This document shows positions 28,319-36,822 of a stretch of 52,610 nt of DNA, piece by piece; position 1 is the first letter of the stretch; every line of letters starts with the position of its first letter. The stretch lies in IMG/VR virus record IMGVR_UViG_3300017767_000016, positions 1-52,610 of that record. One strand, written 5' to 3'. Below the pieces are notes generated by a model. That model made no database searches, had not been told where the DNA came from, and was given only the letters and a program-made list of their open reading frames with translations. The translations under genes and the position numbers were made by a program. Origin of the DNA: a virus. Its lineage: Duplodnaviria; Caudoviricetes.

Positions 28319-29557
28319 TTAATAATTTTTAAGTTTTAGTTTTAATTTAGAAGTATCATCTCCTGCCAAAACTTTTGCTTGCATACCGCTTTGAGTATTT
28401 TTTGTATGCACCCCTCTCGGATCCATATTAATATTCTTAGCTGTTTTCATGCTTTCTTTCATCGCGTCGGATTTTCCTTGCTGATAAAAGTGATTTGCAA
28501 TAGCATCTGCATTCATAGCTGTAAATAATGATTTGTGATAACCTTTTGCGTCACTCATAACCTGGTCCTCATTTAGAAACTTTCTAATGAAATTATTAAT
28601 GTCGCTCTGAGTTGTTTTAACCTCATCTGTGTCTTTTACATTAAATCTGTAGCGTTTATCACCGACTTTATATTCAAAACCTTTGAATTCGTCATTAAAC
28701 ACTTGATCTGTTTTTTGCAAAAATACAGATTTAGCTTTTTCAGCTATTTTTGATGATTCTTCGTTTTCTGTGTTATACCTATTGAAAAAATCTACAGCCT
28801 TTTGTTGATCTTGCGTAAGCCTAGACCCAGCTTTGATTTCTTCATAGTATTTGGTTTTTAGCCCTTCGAGTTCAGACTTAGCGCTCGCTACCTCTTCTTT
28901 GAATGCTAATTTTTTTCTTTTTACATCTCTTTCATCGTCAACTTCTTCATCAAATGTAAATTTATCTTCAATAAGAAAGTCGATTTCTTCGGATGACAGA
29001 TGTGGTTTAGATTGTTGATAATATTCTCTAAGTAATGCAAGATCATCTACATTTGAATAATCTTTGTTAAGCGCTACATAGTCTTCAAGCGATCCGCCCG
29101 TTTCGTTTATAAAATCAACAACCTTTTGAATATTTTCAGGAAGCTCTATACCTTGCTCCTCTTCTTTTTGAAATGCTTCTTCAACTTTTTCAGCAAGATC
29201 TTCAACTTCTTTAATAGTTTCTTCTTGCTCCTCTTGTGCTGGAAGTTCTTCTAAAACCGTTTGTTCAGTTTCTTCTTTTACTTCTTCTTCTTGTCGTACT
29301 TCTTGCAGTTCCACTTCGGCTTTTTCCCCAGCTTCTTCAGCCGGTTCATCTCCGCGTAGCACGCTGCCCTCTGCTTCTTGTTCTTGAACGGCATTTTCTT
29401 CTTCTTTATTTTGTTCGGCGGCAGGAGGCTGATTTAAATCAACTTTATACATACCGTCTTCAAATACAGTGCCTGCTTGTTCTTGCAGGGCTTCTTCTTT
29501 TTCTTGTATTGATAACTCTTCGCTTTCAATAGCTTTTGCTTCAACGTTTTCAGACAT
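28319..29557 (-). CDS. capsid scaffolding protein
   Basis: Very acidic low-complexity N-terminal half; lies between portal and capsid genes. Confidence 0.7.
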   Translation of the reverse strand: MSENVEAKAIESEELSIQEKEEALQEQAGTVFEDGMYKVDLNQPPAAEQNKEEENAVQEQEAEGSVLRGDEPAEEAGEKAEVELQEVRQEEEVKEETEQTVLEELPAQEEQEETIKEVEDLAEKVEEAFQKEEEQGIELPENIQKVVDFINETGGSLEDYVALNKDYSNVDDLALLREYYQQSKPHLSSEEIDFLIEDKFTFDEEVDDERDVKRKKLAFKEEVASAKSELEGLKTKYYEEIKAGSRLTQDQQKAVDFFNRYNTENEESSKIAEKAKSVFLQKTDQVFNDEFKGFEYKVGDKRYRFNVKDTDEVKTTQSDINNFIRKFLNEDQVMSDAKGYHKSLFTAMNADAIANHFYQQGKSDAMKESMKTAKNINMDPRGVHTKNTQSGMQAKVLAGDDTSKLKLKLKNY

Positions 29558-29588
29558 AATAAAATATTATAAGATTATACACTATACA

Positions 29589-32012
29589 TTACTTGGGTTC
29601 AAAAGAACCTAAGTCAAAATTACCGCTAAGTATATCGTTTCCTGCGGATTCAAATACTTTTGGTGGTAAATTATTTTTTCTTTGATCAATAAGTTCGCTT
29701 TGTTGCGATGCTTGTATTTTTGTTCGCTCATCTTTGCGATCTTCTTTTTCTTTAATTGCAGCTTTGCTGCCTTCAACCTCTATGCCTTTTAATTGCATAT
29801 TCATTTGAAATTCTAGCTGCATTAAATCTTTTTTAAGCTGAGCCTCGTTTGATAATTTTTGCATTTCAAGTTGTGACTCTAGTTGCTTAAGCTCTGCTTT
29901 TTGAGCGGTTAGTGCTTGCTGTTTTTGCACCTCCGCCTGAGCAGCTACTTGTTGTGATTGTGCGTTCGCTTCAGCTTGAACTTGTATGTTTTGCTGTTGT
30001 ATCATTTGGTCACGCTCAAGCTTTTTGCGTCTACGTATTTTTAGCATTTGATTTGCAAGCTGAATATTTTTAATTTCTCTTAAATCTATAGCATCTTCGA
30101 GATCAATTAAAGATGCTGACAATGCTGTCTGTATATTGTTTTCAAGCTTTTGGGCTTCTTCCTCGTCAGGCATTAAATCAATAAATATTCCAAAATCGTG
30201 TAAATGCAACTCATTCAATTCTGAAAGTGTAGCCACATTATGCACTCCTATTGCTTGTATAAACGCCTCCCTTGCAGGCGAGTACTCTATAATATCAGAT
30301 ATTCTTAAAGATATTTTTTCGGCAGTTTCGGCTGTTAAAAATAATCCAGCCTGTAATATATGTCTTGTAGCTGTATTAGAATTAGCAGCTGCTATTTTTT
30401 GTATACCAACTAATGCGTTTTTATCAGGCGTGCTACCGTCTCTCGCTTCATTAAGGCCTGTAGCGTCTCGCATCATTTGCAAATAATAATTATACGTGCT
30501 TATTAACGAGCCTATTTTATTATTACCAGAACCAGATGCAATTTCTTGAATTGGCACTTTACCTGGGTTCATATCGCCATCAGACGTAAACGATCTTCCA
30601 ATTACAGACCCTGTTTGAAAAAACATATTTAATGCTTCTTGCGGATTATAATTTGTTCCATTACCCAAATCTATTTCGGCAATACCATCAGCGTCTAAAT
30701 AAACACCATCCGGCACCATGCGCGATAACACCTGTTGCAGCTTTAAATGCGTTAACTGAATCATATCTGCAAAACCAGTTACTCTGCTAACTAAAGATTC
30801 GACCTTACCGTTATATATTCTAGGGGCTACTATAGAATAATTTGTTCTAATTTTAGTAGAGTCACTTTTTGGACGCAGCATGTTTTCAGCAAGTTTCCAA
30901 TCGAGCAGCATATTAGCGCCTGGAATATACGCGCCTTCATACAGTACTTCTATGTTTCTAGCTATTCTTTCAAATCTAGCCCTTGCGTCTATAGGTGGAT
31001 TAAACGTTTCGTCTTTAATTATAATTTTTTCTGCGCCTGTTACAGTGCTTTTTACTTTATAAACTTCGTTGTGAAAGGTTTTATAATTAAAATATAACAC
31101 ATCCACAGTGTTAGCGTCTTGCCTATTTGTTTCTGTATTAAATTTATTATATATTCTATAGTTTGAATAACCTTTTGAGCCAAGCTGCTCTAGGTCCTCA
31201 TTAGTTAAATTTGGAAACTGCTTTTTAAGTTCATTAACGGGTATTGTTTTTATTTCTCCAACATAATATATATCTTCAAAATAAGGTGATTCTGTAAAAG
31301 AATAAACTAAATTAGCGGGATCAACATAGCTAATTTTAATGCCTTCTGAATTATTATATTCAGTTTTAACACACGCAATACCTAATACAGCTAAATCATA
31401 ATAAAAACGTTTTTTGGTGAGCTCGTATCTATTTTTTTCTAAAGTAACAGATATAGCTTGCTCCTCTGCTATTTCAATAGCCTGTTTATAATTAAGCTGC
31501 ATGTGCAAAGCAAGTTCATCTTCATTTTGCGGTAACTCAGACACATTGCTTTCTCTTAAATTAATACCGAAGTTTTCAGCCGCAAAATCAGTAAGCTCTT
31601 TACTGCGAATATCATTAAGTATACTTTCCATATACTCAGTTCTTTTTTCGACGCCAAATGGATCTTGTGAATATGCGTTAACATCATATGTTCTTTGGGC
31701 CATGCCATTAACAACTATATCTACAAATTTTGGTATAATAGGCACAGGCTTCCAATCTAAATTAAGATAAGACAAATCTCCATTAATAGATAATTCGTCT
31801 TTATATTTTTGTACAGACTGCTCGCCGCGAGCATATAGTCTAAGTTTATGATAAGAATTCTGATTTATATAATATCTATTGCCAGAAGAATCTCTTTTAA
31901 ACCATTCGCTTTCTATAGCACGAGCAACATCAAGACCATATTCTGGGCTTGCTTTCTTAATATCGCTAGCCGTTTGGCTTGGAAAATAACTTTTTACAAC
32001 TGATTCAGCCAT
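29589..32012 (-). CDS. portal protein
   Basis: 807 aa immediately after the terminase; PIIPKFVDIVVNG, VDPANL, TGLNEARDG, Gln-rich C-terminal coiled coil. Confidence 0.88.
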   Translation of the reverse strand: MAESVVKSYFPSQTASDIKKASPEYGLDVARAIESEWFKRDSSGNRYYINQNSYHKLRLYARGEQSVQKYKDELSINGDLSYLNLDWKPVPIIPKFVDIVVNGMAQRTYDVNAYSQDPFGVEKRTEYMESILNDIRSKELTDFAAENFGINLRESNVSELPQNEDELALHMQLNYKQAIEIAEEQAISVTLEKNRYELTKKRFYYDLAVLGIACVKTEYNNSEGIKISYVDPANLVYSFTESPYFEDIYYVGEIKTIPVNELKKQFPNLTNEDLEQLGSKGYSNYRIYNKFNTETNRQDANTVDVLYFNYKTFHNEVYKVKSTVTGAEKIIIKDETFNPPIDARARFERIARNIEVLYEGAYIPGANMLLDWKLAENMLRPKSDSTKIRTNYSIVAPRIYNGKVESLVSRVTGFADMIQLTHLKLQQVLSRMVPDGVYLDADGIAEIDLGNGTNYNPQEALNMFFQTGSVIGRSFTSDGDMNPGKVPIQEIASGSGNNKIGSLISTYNYYLQMMRDATGLNEARDGSTPDKNALVGIQKIAAANSNTATRHILQAGLFLTAETAEKISLRISDIIEYSPAREAFIQAIGVHNVATLSELNELHLHDFGIFIDLMPDEEEAQKLENNIQTALSASLIDLEDAIDLREIKNIQLANQMLKIRRRKKLERDQMIQQQNIQVQAEANAQSQQVAAQAEVQKQQALTAQKAELKQLESQLEMQKLSNEAQLKKDLMQLEFQMNMQLKGIEVEGSKAAIKEKEDRKDERTKIQASQQSELIDQRKNNLPPKVFESAGNDILSGNFDLGSFEPK

Positions 32013-34224
32013 AATTTTTTATTAGTTTTGATTTTTGCCCTTCATTTTTATACCTTGCGATATTAAAGGATAATTTTAATTTTTGTCGTTCTTGGTTAGG
32101 AGCATACAAATGCCTGTTGCATGCCATAATAGCTAATCCCGAACTAATAGCGGCGTCGAATTTTGTTCTTTTATTTAGATCAAACTTAGCCCAATCATTA
32201 AGTGTGCCATTAAAATACATTTGACCGTAAGTTCCATCTTCTACTAATCCTACATATTTTTGTATATAGGATTCTATAGCGGCTGCATGAGCCTGCTTAA
32301 TATCTTCACTTGAGTTAGGCATTCCGCCTATTTCTTTTTCAGTAACAGACAATTTATTAAATGCTTTATCAGGTCTGTTTATTGAAAACTTCCTATAGCC
32401 TCTGCGCTTTAAATAATATAATAATCTAGGTTTATTGTTTTCTGCGAGTATCGGCATACCGTAAAAATGTAATGCCATTAATACATCTTCAAAAAACATT
32501 TCAGCAGTTTGAGGCCGTGCAATATATTCAAGAAAAAACATATTCGCAGGGGCTTCTTCCATACTAAATTTAGTTAACCCGTGCAACGCGCCTTTAGATC
32601 CTTGCCCATCTGTTGTTCCTGATATATCATATGAGTCACAACCAAATGCGCCGACGTGCTCGTTTCCGGGGTACAACACCCCTCTTTTCTCTATTACGCG
32701 GTTTTGAAGATTTGTAGGCGGCACCCAACTTACTTTAATCCTGCCGTTTGGGTTTGGGGTGAATACAACACTGCTGTCCTTTATACCGTTTGCCCAACTA
32801 AAGCTACCTTGCGTTACACCTGCTGACGAATATATATCGTCGTTGTAATCTATTTGTTCGTATATTTTTGCAAGGTTAAATATGCTATTTTGTGTCTCGT
32901 CTCTAAAAGCATGCTCCTCCGTACGTGGAAACTGCCTGTACATTTCGTTTAAGGCATCCTGGTCTCCTTTTAAGCCATCAACTTCATTATTCCAATGATC
33001 TATGACTCCGACCTCAATAAGGTCTCTATACGGGCCTTCAATCGGCTTTTTCGGCGTATCAAAGACAGGGTTTCCAAAAGAATCAATGAATCCTTCGTAG
33101 TTCCATTCCATAGGTATGAACAAAGAATATAATCCTGAGCGAGTCTGTCCATTTGCGTTTCGCTTTGTAACGTCCGAATCATAATATAGTTTTTTAAAGT
33201 TTTCGCCACCTTTGTCTAAAGCATTGCTTGTAGACCCCATCAAACATTTACCAATAACCCGACTACCTAACCTTAGCGTTGTTTTTGTGACTCGCCAGTT
33301 GTTGAGGATGTTGTCCGGCCGTTCCCATTTGCCCGATTCGTCGTGTACGAGGAGTTTGAGTTTTTCGCCGTCATAGGAGTTGTCACCCGTGTTCTTCCAG
33401 TCGATTGTCGTGTCAAGTCCCTGCAGCTCTTCCCGCGTCTGCCCTGACTGTATAGATTTACGTGTGAGTTTTGAAGCGGGTACTCTATATGCAAGCTCGG
33501 TTTTGGGACGATCCATACCGTCTTGTATTGGTTTAAAAAAGAACGGGTAGTTAACGGATATTGGAACAACTTTATCTGTGAACATTTTCTTAGCGTCAGC
33601 TCCAGATTTGGAAAGTATGCCAAACCGTGAATCGGACGATATTGTTGCCATATTAACAGCTTCTGATGATGCCATAAATGAAAAGCCAGAGCGTCTGTTT
33701 TTGAGATAGCACATTCCATAACACCGTTGATCGGCTTTACATGCTTCCCAAAATATAAAGAATAATCTGTTTGCTTCTCTAAATTCAGGGGCCCCAACGT
33801 CAATCTTACTCCACTGCAAGTACATGTAATGAGTACCGGTAATATAAGTAGGCTTGTCCTTGTTATGGAACCAATGACCCTCATCGCGTCTTTTAAACTC
33901 TTCATCTATATATGGTTCCCATTGATCTTTAAATTCTTCTGGATAACTTTTCCAATCAAAGATAGTTTTTATTCTATTTAACTCTTTAGGGTATTCGCTT
34001 TTACCCCATTTATTTTTGCCTTTAGTAATCTTGGTTGGCATAGGAGGCAGTGCAATCTTTAAATTTTGTATGCTATACACATCGCCAATTTGCCCTGTCT
34101 TACTAATGACTACAACATCATTTTCTTTATCGTAGCCGTACTTCCATCGCTTTGCTTTGTTGTGACGTTTAAGCGTATTTATTTTAATCGGTTGAATAAC
34201 CTCAAATAAAGTTTGCTCGTACAT
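32005..34224 (-). CDS. terL: terminase large subunit
   Basis: Walker A variant KNRRSGFS, Walker B LLVHDESGK, QFP, nuclease motifs GCDSYD, ENN and DAAIS. Confidence 0.92.
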   Translation of the reverse strand: MYEQTLFEVIQPIKINTLKRHNKAKRWKYGYDKENDVVVISKTGQIGDVYSIQNLKIALPPMPTKITKGKNKWGKSEYPKELNRIKTIFDWKSYPEEFKDQWEPYIDEEFKRRDEGHWFHNKDKPTYITGTHYMYLQWSKIDVGAPEFREANRLFFIFWEACKADQRCYGMCYLKNRRSGFSFMASSEAVNMATISSDSRFGILSKSGADAKKMFTDKVVPISVNYPFFFKPIQDGMDRPKTELAYRVPASKLTRKSIQSGQTREELQGLDTTIDWKNTGDNSYDGEKLKLLVHDESGKWERPDNILNNWRVTKTTLRLGSRVIGKCLMGSTSNALDKGGENFKKLYYDSDVTKRNANGQTRSGLYSLFIPMEWNYEGFIDSFGNPVFDTPKKPIEGPYRDLIEVGVIDHWNNEVDGLKGDQDALNEMYRQFPRTEEHAFRDETQNSIFNLAKIYEQIDYNDDIYSSAGVTQGSFSWANGIKDSSVVFTPNPNGRIKVSWVPPTNLQNRVIEKRGVLYPGNEHVGAFGCDSYDISGTTDGQGSKGALHGLTKFSMEEAPANMFFLEYIARPQTAEMFFEDVLMALHFYGMPILAENNKPRLLYYLKRRGYRKFSINRPDKAFNKLSVTEKEIGGMPNSSEDIKQAHAAAIESYIQKYVGLVEDGTYGQMYFNGTLNDWAKFDLNKRTKFDAAISSGLAIMACNRHLYAPNQERQKLKLSFNIARYKNEGQKSKLIKNYG

Positions 34225-34499
34225 TATCTTGATCTTTTTTCCGCAAAGCCGCTAAATGCTTCTTTTTTTTCTTTTTTAGGCTTGTTTAGCAGTATTGATT
34301 TTTCTTCTTCTATTCTATTTAGAATTTCAAACGCATCAAATATTGCAAGCTTTTTAGTTGCTGCCGCATTCTTAAGCCTATCTGCAGAAACATCATCTTC
34401 TGTATTTGTTATGATTTTTTCTTCTGCAACATGTATAAGCTCATCAACCGCCTTGTAGCCAGCTCGGATTATATTCTGTTTCGTCTCCTTGATATTCAT
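34224..34499 (-). CDS. putative terminase small subunit
   Basis: 91-aa helical protein coupled (TAATG) directly upstream of terL. Confidence 0.5.
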   Translation of the reverse strand: MNIKETKQNIIRAGYKAVDELIHVAEEKIITNTEDDVSADRLKNAAATKKLAIFDAFEILNRIEEEKSILLNKPKKEKKEAFSGFAEKRSR

Positions 34500-35049
34500 A
34501 TTTAATAGAAATTGAATTGGTTAACACCCTATACATTCTTTCACCATCAACAACGAATTCATATTCGCTGCTAGGTGTAAAACCTACAAGGTCATTTTTA
34601 TTAATACCGTTTTTCTGAAGCTCTCTGTCAACAAACTTTATTACACCCATCAAAGGCCTTTCAAAATTTGTGTCAAACTTATCTATTGATTCAATTGGCT
34701 TGACAAAACAATATCCTTTAGGTGCGCACCATTCTTTATTTCTTTTATAAAGAAATATTTGATCAGTGTCAACAAAATATTTATTTTCATTTAAAAACCC
34801 TGCTGAGTTTTTCTCGCGTCCCTTCATGTCATACCATCTCCTAAAGACATTGTGATGCAATATGACTTCATCACCTTTTTTAATATCTGTTTTCACTTCA
34901 ACGGGCGTTTCAAGAACAACACCGTTTCTACTTACATATCTATGATCAGATATTTCGGTATTTAATATTAATTCTTTATTGCCTATAGATTTTTTATTAT
35001 TGTATCTATCTTCTTTTGGGGCTATAATAAAATTAAATATACTTCGCAT
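34444..35049 (-). CDS. tandem double GroES-like protein
   Basis: Two halves, each with the pattern (F)IxP...GxV...IKxGDxV; the second ends VGFTPSSEYEFVVDGERMYRV. Confidence 0.55.
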   Translation of the reverse strand: MRSIFNFIIAPKEDRYNNKKSIGNKELILNTEISDHRYVSRNGVVLETPVEVKTDIKKGDEVILHHNVFRRWYDMKGREKNSAGFLNENKYFVDTDQIFLYKRNKEWCAPKGYCFVKPIESIDKFDTNFERPLMGVIKFVDRELQKNGINKNDLVGFTPSSEYEFVVDGERMYRVLTNSISIKYEYQGDETEYNPSWLQGG

Positions 35050-35267
35050 TAATATTCTAAGTTGTATTCTACAGCTATTCCCATGTTCTTATTAAAATCT
35101 TTCCATGGCAGCACATCGTTATTTTTTTTAATATATATACTATATTTATCGTCGACTTCAACTATATCACAAATAGTATGCCCTCCGTAGACCTCTTGAC
35201 CCACGGAGTAATGCATAGCTTCATTTTTATAGTCTCTACCGATACTAATCTTCCTTATCAGATTCAT
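35049..35267 (-). CDS. hypothetical protein
   Basis: 72 aa, coupled to both neighbours. Confidence 0.75.
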   Translation of the reverse strand: MNLIRKISIGRDYKNEAMHYSVGQEVYGGHTICDIVEVDDKYSIYIKKNNDVLPWKDFNKNMGIAVEYNLEY

Positions 35268-35496
35268 CTTCTTCGGTTATTTCTTCGTAAGTCCCATCTT
35301 GAACATTGATAGATACTTTGCCATATGTTTCTTCAAGTTCGTCCTGGAGTTCTTTCAATCCATTCTGTAAATCAGAAGACTGATGTAATAAACCGTGCTT
35401 TTGAATTTCAATACTTCCTATTTGTGATTGGACTTGATTTAATTGCTTAATTAGTTCTTGTAGCTTTTCAAGCTCTTTCTTTTTAATTTTTGACAT
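35245..35496 (-). CDS. coiled-coil hypothetical protein
   Basis: Heptad-rich 83-aa ORF with an AT-rich leader. Confidence 0.75.
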   Translation of the reverse strand: MSKIKKKELEKLQELIKQLNQVQSQIGSIEIQKHGLLHQSSDLQNGLKELQDELEETYGKVSINVQDGTYEEITEEDESDKED

Positions 35497-35524
35497 AATA
35501 ATTTAATTTAATTGTGGTTAATGG

Positions 35525-35887
35525 TTATTCTTCGTTCTCTGTAGAGCTAGACGGAAGAAAAGATAATTCTTCTCCGGTCACCTCTACATTTGTTGGTGTA
35601 ATTATTCTGTTAATATCTTCTTCAATAACAGAATTCATGTGCCCTACAGGATGCGCTGCTTGCGCCCATTCAATAACTTTAGCCTCGTTTAGATCCGCTA
35701 ACGCTATAAATTCATCGCCTTCTTGAGGAGTGACTAATGGGCAAGCTCCGTGAAATATAGATGAATGACCTGAATCAGCATCTGTCCCCGTGTAGTTAAA
35801 ATTAACGTGTGTGATTACATTTGACAATCCGTCTAACGTGGGTGCTTTTTTCATAGCCGTAATCGCCCACTCGTAACTCATATTCAT
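35525..35887 (-). CDS. tail-fibre-associated hypothetical protein
   Basis: YEWAI....PTLDGLSNVI..V.F.Y.GTD...FIALADL.E..VIEW; lies after the fibre genes. Confidence 0.65.
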   Translation of the reverse strand: MNMSYEWAITAMKKAPTLDGLSNVITHVNFNYTGTDADSGHSSIFHGACPLVTPQEGDEFIALADLNEAKVIEWAQAAHPVGHMNSVIEEDINRIITPTNVEVTGEELSFLPSSSTENEE

Positions 35888-35943
35888 AATTTATAATTTA
35901 TTGGTTATATATATGTTAAATAATCACTTGTTTTAATAATTAT

Positions 35944-36822
35944 CTAAACTTCTAAAAAATAAACTCTCATAGTTCCCATGTTACTACCATACGCGCCATA
36001 CGTAAAATAAAACAACGCATTACCACTTTGTGTTGTAATGTGGGTCCACTCAGGGCTTCTCAGCCAAAAGTTTTTATTTGGATTACCAGAACTACTAGTT
36101 TCAGCGTATACGTGCATACCGCTAAAAGGGCTTGATGTTAAACCAGTACTTCCAGAAGGAGTTCCGTTGCTTCTTCCAACCCATCTTCCGTAAGAACCTG
36201 TGTTAGTTCCAATGCTACCAAACGTTGTTGTTGTGTAACTACTTGAATTGTTTGTACTTGTTTCCCAGTTTCCATTTGAGGTAAAATCTGGGTTTAATTG
36301 TAATGCGCTAAACGTACTACCTCCAAAACCAGTAACCATTGCTTGCCATTGATTGCCGCTTCCAAAAAAATTTCCATACCAAGGCATCATTATGGTATCT
36401 AGCTGGAAGTCGCCTCTGAAGCTAGTTCCTGAAACGTAATGAAATACAGCTCTGACCGTTTTACCTTTAAAAGCATTAACGTTTATTGATACAGTTGTTG
36501 GTGTAGCTGAAGATGATGTGTGTTGCTGGCCGGTTATTGTTTGGAGTAACGTTAAAGCACTAACATCGTGATCATATCCTCTAAATTCACCCATACCATG
36601 AGGCGTAGAGCCATCTGGTTTAGAAGATGATGCAGAGTTAATAGCGTCAAATCCACCCGCGCCTGTGCTCATGTTTTTTAAACTAATTGGTGTAGGATAG
36701 CTAAACGTGTCCCAGTTAGTACCTGATTGGTTTGGATTTGGTATTGTATTGCTGTAGTCATTTAAATGTATTTCTTTAGCAATACCATATAAAGAAACAG
36801 AGCCAGAACTAGGAACCGCCAT
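35944..36822 (-). CDS. fibre-tip adhesin with a MAM-like carbohydrate-binding/adhesion domain
   Basis: N-terminal MAVPSSGSVSL..I..E attachment motif; TPSGSTG, VYAETS, LRSP, YG..MG.MRV, GDFQLDTI. Confidence 0.6.
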   Translation of the reverse strand: MAVPSSGSVSLYGIAKEIHLNDYSNTIPNPNQSGTNWDTFSYPTPISLKNMSTGAGGFDAINSASSSKPDGSTPHGMGEFRGYDHDVSALTLLQTITGQQHTSSSATPTTVSINVNAFKGKTVRAVFHYVSGTSFRGDFQLDTIMMPWYGNFFGSGNQWQAMVTGFGGSTFSALQLNPDFTSNGNWETSTNNSSSYTTTTFGSIGTNTGSYGRWVGRSNGTPSGSTGLTSSPFSGMHVYAETSSSGNPNKNFWLRSPEWTHITTQSGNALFYFTYGAYGSNMGTMRVYFLEV

